Of a stretch of DNA of 64,000 bases, positions 38,781 to 51,532 are shown piece after piece. Positions within the stretch are counted from its first letter, which is position 1; each line of letters opens with the position of its first letter. The notes beneath the pieces were generated by a model. It had not been told where the DNA came from. It did not search any database and saw only the letters and a program-made list of their open reading frames with translations. The DNA is taken from the NCBI RefSeq assembly GCF_001194135.2, contig NC_069000.1, positions 5,142,493 through 5,206,492 on the forward strand, read 5' to 3'. The position numbers and the translations under genes are program-made. The stretch comes from Octopus bimaculoides. Its lineage: Eukaryota.

Positions 38781-39719
38781 TTTTCCTTGGCTGTTAAAGA
38801 AAAATATGTGGTTATATATGTGGAACTGTTCTAGGGACCATAGCCATCCAATTGTAGAATTTTTGCATTAAACTTCAATGAGCGTAGTAAGACACTGGAT
38901 GTTACTTCAACATGATTGCAAAGTTTCACGAAAATTCGTTAACGGGTGTAGACGGCAACTTGACACAAACAGATATCCATATAAACAACACGCGCTTATA
39001 TGTGTAAGGATGACATACGTGTGTGTGCATGTGTTTGTGTGCGTGCGCCTTAAGTCAAACGAATGAGAAATGGGTGCTGATTACATGTAAAAGATATGTT
39101 TTTATTTGTGATAGTGTAAATCCTGAGGCGAAAGTTTCGATTTCACAACATTTGATTTCCGAATTATTTATTTCCTGATTCCTGCTGGAACGAGTATTCC
39201 ATCAAAGGCAATCCAGAAATGAACACCGCATCAATTACTTTCGAGCCGTGACATTTTGTTTGTCCAGGATTCTGGACAGGATCCGATATCTGCTATACGT
39301 TTTTTAGACAGTCAGTGATTTCAGAGATTTGTCGCGGCTCATAACTGCTGCTACTTCTAGCAAATGCTGTGACCACCTAGAATCTCCCTCGCGTCTAAAC
39401 TAACACCTTAGATGTGTTAGATTTTGTCATTAAATAAATGACTTTTCTTTTATCATATCGATATATCGATATTTAATTAACATTGAATCATTTATATTTC
39501 ATTTAAATTACAGTCAAATGTCTGTATTTTTGCTTTTCTTGTTTTTCTTTATCTTTGCTCCTCGATTAAATGGAAAATGGCGCACTTGGGACTGCCTTTT
39601 CCATTCATTATCAAACGTGCCAAAATCGATTAATAAGGCTCTTATCGATGTAACATTAAAGCAGCAATTGTTGGTTTATTACTAATGATAATTTCTGTCT
39701 TAAAAAGAATATCGCACAT

Positions 39720-39812
39720 TGACGAAATCGATTAGATGACGGACCAGAATATATGACTGGTAATTCTTTATTCGCGATCAAATATGACAAAATCGATTAA
39801 TGACATTGATTG
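39720..39812 (-). mobile_element. Old SINE type B centre fragment
   Basis: ATCGATTAGAT..CCAGAATATATGACTGGTAATT.TTTAT...AAAATCGA aligns to the reverse complement of the B centre; a similar copy lies at about 40315-40410. Confidence 0.5.
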
Positions 39813-40419
39813 ATATTACAATAAAATGGAATTTTTAAAATTTATTATTTGTAATATTTTGCCTTAGAAACCACAAAGCCGTAACTTGGTAAATGATTGA
39901 AACAGAATAGTGTATGTATGGAGGATACCTTATGTGGCCTGGTACTTGATTTATCGTCGTAGATTTGGTGGATGGAAGGCTAAACATCTAAAGTCCGAAA
40001 GATTGAGATTCAGGACCTAAACAGCCGTATATAAGTCATTCATCCAGCAATCTCCAGATTCAACCAATCACTCATCAGATGACCACAGCAGGGGGCAAAA
40101 GTAAGGGAAACGCTTCACAGATGCCTACCGCAACAATATATATATATATATANNNNNNNNNNTATATGTATATGTAATATGACTGAATTGAAGGTTGTAA
40201 TGGCTTCTTGCAATCTTCACATTTTCCCTGTAGGTGATCTACTATTCTACTTCAGACGACTACAATAATTAAATATTAATTGATCACATTGGTATAATTT
40301 GAGGATGAAAGTGTCACAAATCGATTAAACCGATTTCAATATATTATTGGTATTTACGTTAATGTCTGGAGAGCGATAAAAATATTAAAAATCGATCTGA
40401 GTAATTAGCAATATTAATA

Positions 40420-40446
40420 ATAATAGTAGTAGTAGTAGTAATAATG

Positions 40447-40504
<58 letters not shown>
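40420..40504. repeat. (AAT)n with (AGT)n inclusion, directly 3' of a minus-strand SINE B
   Basis: Directly visible. Confidence 0.95.
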
Positions 40505-40505
<1 letters not shown>

Positions 40506-40705
40506 TCGTTCTACTATCGGCACAAGGCTTGGAATCTGAAGGGAGGGGGCCAGTCGATTACATCGGCCACAATACTTGACTGGTACTTAATTTATGGGTC
40601 CCGAAATGATGAAATGCAAAATCGACCTCGGTTGAATTTGAACTCAGAACATAAGGACAGACGAAGTACCGCTAAGCATCTCGCCCGCCGTGCTAACGTT
40701 TCTGT
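40505..40705 (-). mobile_element. SINE type B, near full length
   Basis: TTCTACT.T.GGCACAAGGC...GAATTTGAACTCAGAAC...CGTGCTAACG. Confidence 0.9.
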
Positions 40706-40839
40706 GGGAGAGGTATATGATTTCATGCTGTCGGACTTGTTATGGATATGCAAGATTAATGGATAACTTCCCGTTGCCGTAAAACCCCTTTACGAATGTC
40801 CTGATTGGTGTCCTAAGGTAAATGGTATTATGTGGAAAA

Positions 40840-41055
40840 CTTCGGCACGAGTTTATATAGTCAACTGTCCATTTTATAAACTTTAAGAACTGAATTGAAA
40901 CGTAGAGCCGTCGTGAAACTGGTATCACAATCCATGGATGTAGGATCGATCGGCTTATACTCGCAGACAACATGGTACAACTTGGCTCATCAGAAAGTGA
41001 TCACTTAACATTCAATGAATGGGTTTGCTGTGAAGTGCTACAAGTCAGGGATAGG
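40840..41055 (+). mobile_element. RTE-group LINE RT relic around the catalytic motif
   Basis: GITIHGCRIDRLILADNMVQLGSSESD / FAVKCYKSGI resembles G..I....V.RLLFADDLVLL.SSE.DLQ..L.RF...C...G. Confidence 0.65.
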
Positions 41056-41532
41056 AGCCGGAATCGAAACCTTGAGATAGATAACGTTAACGAAATAGCG
41101 AGAGCCATTTAGCTGGACTTATCAATGGCGTACATCGCTGTATTGCCTTCAGAGAATTCAAGATTAAAATACAGAAGCTATCAAGAATACAGTCAAGATT
41201 CATTCGAAGACATGTAAGCTATACCAAGTTCATTTATTTTTTTCCTTCTCGTAATGTCGGCCAATGCTATTAAGGTTGTATTGGGAAATTTAAGAAAATA
41301 TTGGAAATCGAAATTCGATCGCATTTAGATATTTATGCTTTTCTTGGTAGTTTTCTGTTTTCTCTTTTGTTCGGTTTCACGCGAAGAAGAACGCCTTTTC
41401 CTGTCTTGCGTGTATTGTGTGTTTAAGTATTAAAAGGGGGTGGGGAAACAGAAGAGAAACTACTGGCATTATTACAGCTGTGATTACACGTTCGGTGAAA
41501 GGTGTTAGAGAATCTATTTCTTTCACTCTTCC

Positions 41533-41569
<37 letters not shown>

Positions 41570-41984
41570 GTATGTATGTATGTGGGTTTTTATATGTGTC
41601 TATACATACAGCCACACACACACAAACATTGGAGAAACGATGAGATGGTTTCCATTTGAAATGATATAAAAAGCCCGTCATATGTGCATACGTACATTCT
41701 GTGTGTATATATATATATGTATATGAAGAGGAGAAGAGAAAGACAAAGAGAGGAAGTGAAGCCAATAAAGAACTGGAGTCACTGACACATTGCACCACCT
41801 AGCTGTGAATGTATAATAATGAAGAAGAGATGTAGCATATTTTCAGAGAAATTGGATATTTTATTGACTTCTGGCAGACATACTTAAACAAAAATAGACA
41901 CATACAGGGAGGGGCATATGTATAGAAATGTGTGCTTATATATGTGCGCGCGTGCACGCACACATCTATGTATATATGTATACC

Positions 41985-42067
<83 letters not shown>

Positions 42068-42354
42068 GTAAGTATATACGTGTGTATATGTGCATATCTA
42101 TATCCATATACACTCGCATGTATATAAATGGTTATACGTGCATACACACACACTTATGTACGAGCACATATTCTCACACAGAGTGGAAACGCTGTTTGAT
42201 CTTTCTTTTTAGCGTTAAACGGTCACCATCTCACCAGTTTGGTATCACCCCTTCCTTCTTTATTCATCTATCACCGCTTCCTTTCTCACCCATACGTTGT
42301 GACCGAGACAAACACAAGAGTATTAATATGGTAAAAGATGCCTAGATGTAAAGC

Positions 42355-42790
42355 CGTGTGGTTCTGTGGTCAGTGTGTTACATTCACATTCGCAAGATCA
42401 TTGTTTCGAATCCTAGACTGGAGATGCTCTGATTTCTTGGAGCAAGACACCGTGTTTCAATTTACTCCATCTGATGCAGGTGTAAAAGTGTAACGCTGTG
42501 ATTGAGTGGAGATCCATCAACGGCGAATGTGGGCCTGACTGCCTAACTATTGTAGTGGCGCCATTCGAATCCTAAACGCCAAAAATCAATGCGAGGAAGC
42601 GGATTGTGACCAGTGGTGTATAACAACATAGTTTGTTCGATACATTACTACAATGTGATGCGTGTATTTATACTTGATTCAAGAAACGAGTCTCAGGTTC
42701 ATTGATAGACCTGTCAAAATTAACAACTAAATCGTCTCTCATATCACATCCTGCTAACATCTGTACGGTATAAAATAAATTACCTTTCAG
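42355..42790 (+). mobile_element. SINE type E (type-D-like head and core, different 3' half), diverged
   Basis: TGGTTCTGTGGTCAG..GTTTCGAATCC..TTGGAGCAAGACAC..ACTCCA; 3' GACCTG....AATTAACAACTAAATC.TCTCTCATATCACA. Confidence 0.65.
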
Positions 42791-43163
42791 TGTTGTGACC
42801 CACTGACTAATATTTAACATTCTCCTTTAACAGCAGCAGTGCATTAAAGCGCAAGTATTCAATATAAATACAGAACGGATCAGGTAGTCGGAAAGATTAT
42901 TTCAGTTCTAAGATTAGTTTTCAATGATCCATATATTTGACCTAAATTTTTGAGCCTCAAATCTTTTTTTATTTATTTCTTGATGGTAATTATTTCACTT
43001 CACGTTAGCCAGTAATTTTCATATGGAAATGCATTGATATCATGCCATGAACTGGGGCGGGAAAGCAGAAAATTAGATAGATAGATTGATTCGTTGATAG
43101 ATAGATGTTTAGATAGATAGATAGGTAGATTAGAGTGATAGATAGCTAGACGAACAAATAGAC

Positions 43164-43202
<39 letters not shown>

Positions 43203-43665
43203 GAATGCGATGGACTGATCCTCAGTTTCTTAATACATCCAGTCACGATATTCGAACCACTTAGCTGACAATAATATCTTCGCCAGAACGGGCCGGATGG
43301 ACAAATATATTTTAAAGTAGTTTCACCTTTCACATATTCATCAAAACAGCCGCAGCAACCCATCCTATTCTTAATGCAGGATTAACATTGTTGCTGATGC
43401 TGTATAACCTTAAAGCCAACGCTTATTTAGGAAACCTATAATGGAAGATTTTCCAACCGTGACAATCCAATATTTCTTTCAGCGTAGTGTATTTAATATA
43501 CGAGATTATTCCATTGTGCCACTCCTCGTTGGTGGTCATTCTTATTTAATCGACCCTGGAATAAGAGAATAACGATGGAAGTTAGTAAAGTCGTAAACGC
43601 CACTTTTATTTATGCTTACATAGTATAACTAGGTTAATTATACTTCCATTATTTTTTTTTCTATA

Positions 43666-43845
43666 GTGGAGGCTCAATAGCCCAGTGGTTTTGGCCAGCG
43701 TTCTGTGTTCAAATTCCGCCGCGGTCGGCTTTGCCTATCATCCTTTCGGAGGCTATAAATTAAGTACCGGTTGCGTACTAGGATCGATCTAATCGACTGG
43801 TCCCCTCCCACAAAATTTCGAGCCTTGTGCCTAGAGTAGAAAAGA
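43666..43845 (+). mobile_element. Chimeric SINE: C-like head plus type B centre and tail
   Basis: GGAGGCTCAATAGCCCAGTGGTT then GTTCAAATTCCGCCGCGGTCGGCTTTGCC..CCTTGTGCCTAGAGTAGAAAAG. Confidence 0.75.
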
Positions 43846-43871
43846 TTGTAGAATTATAACCAGTACCCTGC

Positions 43872-43960
43872 TCATAAATTCTGAGAACAAGGAAGCGGCA
43901 AACGATATAATGGTAACCATTTTTTCCGGTGTGCTAACTATTCTGCCAGCTCACCGCTTT
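43872..43960 (-). mobile_element. SINE type B head fragment
   Basis: CCGGTGTGCTAACTATTCTGCCAGCTCACCGCTT. Confidence 0.7.
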
Positions 43961-45182
43961 GACAGTAGCAAAATAATAACGAAACTACTTCCATCTCCAA
44001 AATCATGACCACCACGATGAATGTGAAGAACTGGAACCACAACTATTGCAAAGCATTTTTTTCTAGCGTTCTTGCGATTCAAGAAGACAAGTGTTTGAGT
44101 GTGTGCTCTCGTTCAACCTGCAAGAAATATCAGATAAATAAAAGATCAAATAAACATTCGAAGTCGACAGACTTGATACGTAAAGCATTATTTGTAAATA
44201 ATTCATACACTTCAGACATCAAATCAAAAAACACTCTTTTATGTCCGTGCATATACTCAAAAATTCCTTTGGAACAGACACCAACTGCAGGAAATTGGCT
44301 GATGTAATCCTACTGTGATACCTGCACATCGACAGCATCAAATTTCTTAGTGCGAGTTCATACCTTTCACACGTCACTAATGTAGACTTGCTTTATTATT
44401 ATAAGATTCACTACATATTCAATCAGTTTAAAACGAGCATTATAGACAGACGATGGTCTACCAGGTCCCAATACATGGGCAGGAGACAAAGTTGAAAAAG
44501 ACTTCAAAGTATTCTCTTAAAGAATTCCATTACAAAATACTAATTCGGATCATCCTATCCATTGTAAATTTCTTTAATATGCTGCAGTTAACAACATGTG
44601 GATGTTATCTTGCTAGAAACGTTAGCCAATCGCTTCTGTGTATGTAAGCAAACAAACACTGCGATCGTTTACCTTCGGTAATACAAAAGAAATACATATC
44701 AAACCTTGCTGCAGAATGTCACAGACATAATCCAATGAGGTGATAATCTGCGAAGCAATAGATGTAAAAATGAAACATTCAGGAAATTGGAATACATATG
44801 CAAAGTCGCACCAGATCAACATGTGTGTGTCAGTGTGTGTCTGCTGCGTATGATGTAAAGAAAGAATGACGTCTACATATTAGATTCATTGGTAAAAATA
44901 ACAGTTAAATCTCCCATAAATCACAACCTACTTCACAGTTTTAGAGGAAGTATAAACAAAACTTACCAGAAACATACGGCTAACGGTCATGAAGACAAAA
45001 TGAGTCGGTTTGGAATTTGCTGGAAACTTAATAACTCGGCTCAGAGAGTACTAGACACTCCAATACCTAAGCTGTTTTAGGTCTACTACAAGAGCTATCC
45101 ATTCCATTAATATTATTACTCCCTTGTATCTCTCTCTAGCACAACTTCTTCCTTTCTTTACCTCACTTTTATATGCTTTCTT

Positions 45183-45213
<31 letters not shown>

Positions 45214-45531
45214 TTCTTTCTCTCCCGTTTACCCTTCCTCGGTCTCTCGTTCAATAACCCACTGTTTCTCTCCATATTAATTATATATAACTTACACCTT
45301 CTAATCCACTCACTCTCTCTTCTCTCTCCCTGTGTATCGCTTCATCGTATCTACATTCTCTCCCCCCACCCTCTATTTTTACATTCTCTTTCTATTTTAT
45401 TCTCCTTTATCTCTTCCTAACTCGCTCAGTCTCTCTAAACCTTCACCACTCGTGGTCTTTCTCTGTCTACTCAGCTCTTTCCCATTTACTCATTCGCTGC
45501 TCTCAAATATCACCCACATATTCACTCTTCC

Positions 45532-45577
<46 letters not shown>

Positions 45578-45594
45578 NNNNNNNNNNNNNNNNN

Positions 45595-45650
<56 letters not shown>

Positions 45651-45786
45651 ATATATATATATATTATACACACACACAAACGCACATACACACACACATA
45701 TACGCTCATATATATATATGTATCCTCTCTCGTCCTCTCTATTCCATTAACATACTTTTCTCCCACAATGTGCCTCCCTCTCCCCC

Positions 45787-45824
<38 letters not shown>

Positions 45825-46696
45825 TTCTCTTCCCTGCAACACCGATCAAAGTGTTTCAATGCTTTAATTCTGTTGGCACCGACAAACGCAATTAGTCTCA
45901 CTATTCCACAACAAATAGATGCGGATTGTGGGATGTCTATGCGTGTGGTTGCATGACTGTCTATATATGTGGGTATGGACATTAGTCACTCTCTCTCTCT
46001 CTCTCTCTCTCTCTAAATATATACGTACGAATCTGTGAGACTATAGGTGTGACAGTATGTTTGCATTTATAAACTTACCTATGTATTATGTACGTCCGTA
46101 TCTACGTATGTAGGTGTGATCATATGAAAATATGATTGTATTTTTATATGTGTGTACATGCGTATGTAGAAATGGATGTATGTATGAATTATGCATGTGT
46201 GTGTATGTGTGAATGTGCAAATCTATATGCGGATGTAGGTCTATATATGCCTCTGTGTATGTGTATTTTATGTCTGCGTATGTTTTTCTAGCTTCGATTG
46301 TGTTTTAACATAGGTGTGCATAACAGATTGTAACAATGTGCATAAATTGAAGCCGAAAGCCATGTATGTAGCTATTGAATGTACATATATGTGTATGAGT
46401 GTGGGTGTATGTGTGGATGTGTGTGCGTGTGTGTGCCGTCACGTTTGAATGTGTATAGGAATGAGTGCTATTATCACTGTCTATATGCGTATGCATTTGT
46501 ATATGTGTGGCTCCGTGTGTGAACATAGGTTGGTGTAGGTAGCATCGGTTTTACTGTTTAAATGCCAAAACTCTTATTAAATTACAGTGCAAATCTAAAG
46601 TATATCAGTCTACTCGGCATATGCAGAGGTCTGATCTAATGTAGGACGCTAGAGATCGTTGGGTTTTCTTACATGTTGCATATATACTTACACACG

Positions 46697-46729
<33 letters not shown>

Positions 46730-47808
46730 AAATATATACCTGGTAAGTAAGAAAGGATTGGACAGCCACGCGTTCAACGTAAACTCCACTCTTTATATAC
46801 ACATCCGTGTATATTTGTATGTATGTACATTCGAACACAAACAGTTACACATACATATGCACATGGAGAAATAGATGCTACTCACCAAGCCACTAAATGA
46901 AACGGCTATTATAACAAACATCAATAGTAATCCCACTGATACGATATAATCCGCGATCGATCATGTTGCTAAATAAAACACGCAGCATAAATTAATGCTT
47001 CCATGTTTTCGATATTGAATGTCCTACTGTTTTCTGTGATAATTATTATTGGGCAACAGATGGCGCTAACAACGAGAGATTAAAATGACTTCACACAACG
47101 AAAATGGATTCCCTCTCTTAAAACGAAAAAGGAAAAATAAAATATATAAATAAAACAAAGAAAGAATTCCTGACAAACTCAGCAAGATCATCGGATAAAG
47201 GTGTACTAGTCATTTGATGCAATGTGAATAATATATTCCCGAATCAGCAGTGGTGAATTTGTGATAGGCTATGGAAATCAATGGGAATAGCAAATGGGAG
47301 ACACACACAAGCAAGCTAATGGCCCTTAAACAAGAGCTGCGAGTGGTAAGCTGCAAAATGTGTTCTCATAGGCACCGTATGAGTGTGAACTGTAAATTTG
47401 CATAAATATTTGTTGGATGTCGCAGTATAAAAGGCAATTTGAGGAGGAAAATGAATACTCTTGCTTAGAATAATGTGGTTGCACTTAAAGGAGAAGGAAT
47501 ATACGTAAGCGACACAAATGCAATCCAGAAAAATTAAATGAGCTCCAATGAGTTCTCCCTATTCTCCCTCTCCCCCCTCTCTCGTGTAGCTATATATGAT
47601 ATGTATATGTATTTATACATATATACACATATATACATATACATACATACATACATACAGAGAGGGAGAAAAGAGAGAGAAAAATAAGAGAGCTTAAGAG
47701 AGATAGAAAGAGAGAGAGGGTGGGGTGCGTGACCTCGAATTCTAGCAATATTCATGTTACTAGAATAAAGAAATTTAGAAACAGACAGAAGACTGAGAGA
47801 GAGGACAG

Positions 47809-47857
<49 letters not shown>

Positions 47858-48300
47858 GTATGTTGTGCCAATGTTACCTAGTAACAAAGAGAGAGACAAA
47901 ATAGATTTTTCAAAGGAAAGAGACTTTTTACTTGCTTTTATATGAAAATTATTTCAAATTACTCTAAACTATTTCCATTGCAACGGTATCACCAGAGGTT
48001 CAATTCCTGAAGTTATTTAAGTCGATTGTAGATACGTCTGGGGTAACCTATATAGACAAACACCATGTTAACAACCATAAGTCAAATTTATGAACGAATA
48101 ACAGTCTATCTTAGACAGGTTACTGTTCTAACACATTACATTTGGAAGGTGTTGATTTATAAAATCTACGGCGTGAATAAAATAGACGGTTGAATTTTTA
48201 GAAACATAAAAATTCTACTGAAAATATCGATTGTCTCAGACATTTGCACGCAATCATATTTGCGATCAGTAGTTGGTGCAATATGTCGTTAAATTCTCAC

Positions 48301-48364
48301 CTTGCAATGCGGTATAACGTTGTGGCCAATACAATATAAAATTCCATCGATAAAGCGTATTATC
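48301..48364 (-). CDS. Candidate 64-nt internal exon
   Basis: Acceptor TAATATTTGTCCCAG|G, donor CAAG|GTGAGA; two open frames (DNTLYRWNFILYWPQRYTALQ or IIRFIDGILYCIGHNVIPHCK). Confidence 0.2.
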
Positions 48365-48906
48365 CTGGGACAAATATTATAAACAATATTTCTGACATTT
48401 GGTTCATTCACACAAGGAATAGCAACAGACCATTCCTAACAAAATCTAACATCGAATGCAATCTTAACATAGAATTACGTAGGAAAATAATGGGTAGAAA
48501 ACTCCGAGAGTGTGTTCGGTGCATGAAAAACAATTAGTAACATGGTTACTAACATACTGTACGTAGTGAAGCTTGGTATATTAGTTAATTACAATTACAT
48601 TCATAATGAAAAAGTACCATTTATCTTAAGGATTAATGCTGATAAACATGGGAAGTAGGGATTATTCAGATTGTTTTAGGGGCCAGAATAAGAAATAAAA
48701 AATAATAAAGCTGTGTAGTTTTGTGGAATGAATTGCGTAGCTGATATGGAAACATCATTTAAATTCTACATGAAAAATTGTATCTAAGCTAGAATATATA
48801 TTTAAAATTGCATCTGTGATTATTGGGATACTTGATAATGTAGCTTGCTTCAATGAAAATAACCAACGGGTTAAGTGAGACATATTCATGACTAAGGCTT
48901 GCTTAT

Positions 48907-48971
<65 letters not shown>

Positions 48972-49194
48972 GTTACTGTTTCCTGTCTAACCAACAAATC
49001 AAATGAAGTATTTCTTTGGAATTGTATTTCTTTGGAATTGTATTTCTATTGTAGTGTTTATGGAAGACCTAAAACTCATGTTAGACACGACAGGAATATT
49101 TAGTAATTGTCATTAGCATGAATCTATTTTTTAATAAGATTTTGTTCCAAACAAGGTTTGAGGTCACTGTAGAGTAAAGGACAAAAACAAAAGA

Positions 49195-49420
49195 GATTAA
49201 AGGACTGAATATTATAGAACGACGGGAAACAAGACGAGGGTAGTGAGTTCCAGAGAGCAGGGTTCCATCTACATATTTAAGGATGCTCTGACAGTTCATC
49301 AGAACAAGGTTCATGAAGAAATGACTATCCCAATCATTATTTTGTTAGTTGAGATTTATTCATGACAAGTGCTCACTACTCCAGTCATTCTTTCTATGTA
49401 TCCTGTCTGCCCAACAAGCC
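49195..49420 (-). mobile_element. CR1/Zenon-like LINE ORF2 C-terminal relic
   Basis: DRIHRK ... HEPCSDELSEHP ... ALWNSLPSSCFPSFYNIQSF match the CS.EL and LWNSLP..FP..YN...FK motifs. Confidence 0.7.
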
Positions 49421-50539
49421 AGCAGTGATCAGAATTTGTTCAAGTATAATGATGTTTGTGAAATACTTCGTATTTGTCCGCCGGAGCGACTAGCAGCATT
49501 TAATTACCTTTCAGTATGATTGATACTTGTGCGTTTACTTTGTATACTGTCAACCTCATCCCTTGTGTGCGAACATCTTCAATCTGGTGGCGAGACTAGG
49601 TCAAGACGACTAGGAATGCAGAATGATGCAGTGGATGGTAGACAAGCCACTATATGTAACTAATCCAAAGCAGAAAAGACCGGCAAATAAAGCGGTTAAG
49701 AGGGGGTTCCTCAATCTTTAGTGCAACTCCCAAACCAGGACTCATACACCGGATATAATACTTAAATTTCATCTTAAACGCAGGTTAAAGTGTATGATAT
49801 ATTCTCTCATATCAGTAACGCGTCCTGTTGTTTGTCATCTCTCATGTTACCCCCGGAAGGGTTACAGACCGAATTTTTAAAAGTTGTGTCACTTAAAAAT
49901 AAAAGTAGTAATAAAATTGACGAAAATATCAAATCAAGAAAAATAAGTTGTGTATGATGTCATTCGAAATACTTATATTCATAAATCAACCAGATATTTT
50001 CACTGCGATCAACAGGTAACTACCAACTTATCTCATTCAAAACGGCAGGTGTGTGCGAAACACTGTTCAAAGAACTCTTCTTCCTCTCATAATCGCTCTC
50101 ATAAAAGATTACTACCAAATTGTTATTATTCAAATGAAAGACGCATTTATGTTTAATTTTCGGAGATACACCTGCCAGGCAAGTGGTTTGATCTGAGAGT
50201 GTTGAAACTAAAACAATTACAGCAAAGAAAACACGCATTGTCAATTCAAAAACACACAAAGGCTGTTAATTTCACTTAAAAATTTATTATCTGACGTCAA
50301 AATTCTCGGCGTTCCGCCTGCGCCTGGTCACAGACACGATTTCACGGCATTTATATCTAATATGTTTTATCAAAACGATTTAGTTTCATCTGTGACTTCA
50401 AATAAATACAGTACCTTCTGGTTTTAGTTAGTTAACTCGACTTATTCTTGTGATGAGGTTGACAGTATACAACATTACTCATAAAACAAAACTGTATTCA
50501 TTTAATTGATTTTCCGAATCGAATTCTATACTTCCCTCC

Positions 50540-50700
50540 TTTACTTTCCTTCTCTCCTCACTCATCTTTTCCAATTTAAACGGATTCTGATCCTTTGAAT
50601 ACGTAACTATTTGTTTCAACCTGATATACTCGTTTCTTTTCTCGTTCCCGATATTGCAATAACCAATTCTCAGAACTCTATAGTTCCTCTGTACAATGAA
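50540..50700 (-). mobile_element. Possible RTE C-terminal relic
   Basis: EKRNEYIR followed by shifted RLNW resembles RIRNE.IR...RL.W; otherwise poorly conserved. Confidence 0.25.
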
Positions 50701-51037
50701 ATTCAATTCTAACCAAAGCTAGTGTTATTTATCATTGATCTCAATTTATGTTGAAGCCAACTTTGGTTTTTATCCTTCCAGGATTGATCAAATACTTGTC
50801 AGACACCTAACTTGGTGTACATCACTTACAATTCCACTCAAAAAACTGCTGACCTTGTGCAAAATTTGAAACCATTATTATTGATATTCTCCGCCTATAA
50901 TACCAATAACTTGTCAACCCCACAGACCTGATTATAAAACACATTCTAATCGCAACCATTTCTTCATTCTTAACAATTTATATTTCACAAATATTCAATC
51001 TTGGTACTCGTCTCCATTTTCCACTAATGCTGAACCA

Positions 51038-51195
51038 CTTGGGTGGATAAAGAGCAGTTCGGAAGCAGACAGCAAGATCAGGAAGGCACAAGCATGGAGA
51101 GCTTGTCACAAACCCAAGAAGGTCTACAACTCCAGATTGCCAAGGCAAATCAAAGTCAAGCCGTTCATGGTAATTGCCGAATCAGTGATAGTTTC
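51038..51195 (+). mobile_element. RTE LINE post-RT fragment
   Basis: LGWIKSSSEADSKIRKAQAWRACHKPKKVYNSRLPRQIKVKPFMVIAESV resembles YLGSWI.SS..D...RKA.AW.A...L..IW.S.L...K...F.A.VESV. Confidence 0.8.
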
Positions 51196-51532
51196 GAGGC
51201 CCGCTTCGGTCATGACTGACCATGGGATTGCACCTAGAAAGTTACCCTCCAAGGCACAAGCCCGGGCAAGGTTGTTTATGGAAGACCAGTAGTCGCCCAT
51301 TCATACCGGCCTCCCTCTCTCCTCACCACCAGTGTTATCCAAAGGAAAGGCAAAGGCCGATACAGCTTGGCACCAGTGACGTCGCAACTCATTTCTACAG
51401 CTGAGTGAACTGGAGCAACGTGAAATAAAGTGTCTTGCTCAAGAGCACAACACGCATCCCGGTCCGGGACTCGAACTCACAAGCTCACGAGCGTAAGCTC
51501 AACGCTCTAACCACTGAACCATGCGCCTTCAC
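51196..51532 (-). mobile_element. tRNA-derived SINE type D, full length and well preserved
   Basis: Reverse-complement head GAAGGCGCATGGTTCAGTGGTTAG (A box), GAGTTCGAGTCCC (B box); CORE/V-like centre CTTGAGCAAGACACTTTA..TTGCTCCAGTTCACTCAGCTG. Confidence 0.9.

Noticed and set aside
46881-46940. Hydrophobic GLLLMFVIIAVSFSGL before a GTGAGT donor
   Set aside because: Too short and unsupported; perfect donor hexamers recur by chance in this window (for example near 3165, 3485, 44965 and 46075).
49008-49046. 16-bp tandem duplication GTATTTCTTTGGAATT
   Set aside because: Ordinary slippage duplication; not a CRISPR-like repeat-spacer array.
50830-50927. 98-nt AG...GTAAGT segment with one open frame
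   Set aside because: Phase-incompatible with the next candidate exon and set among LINE/SINE debris.
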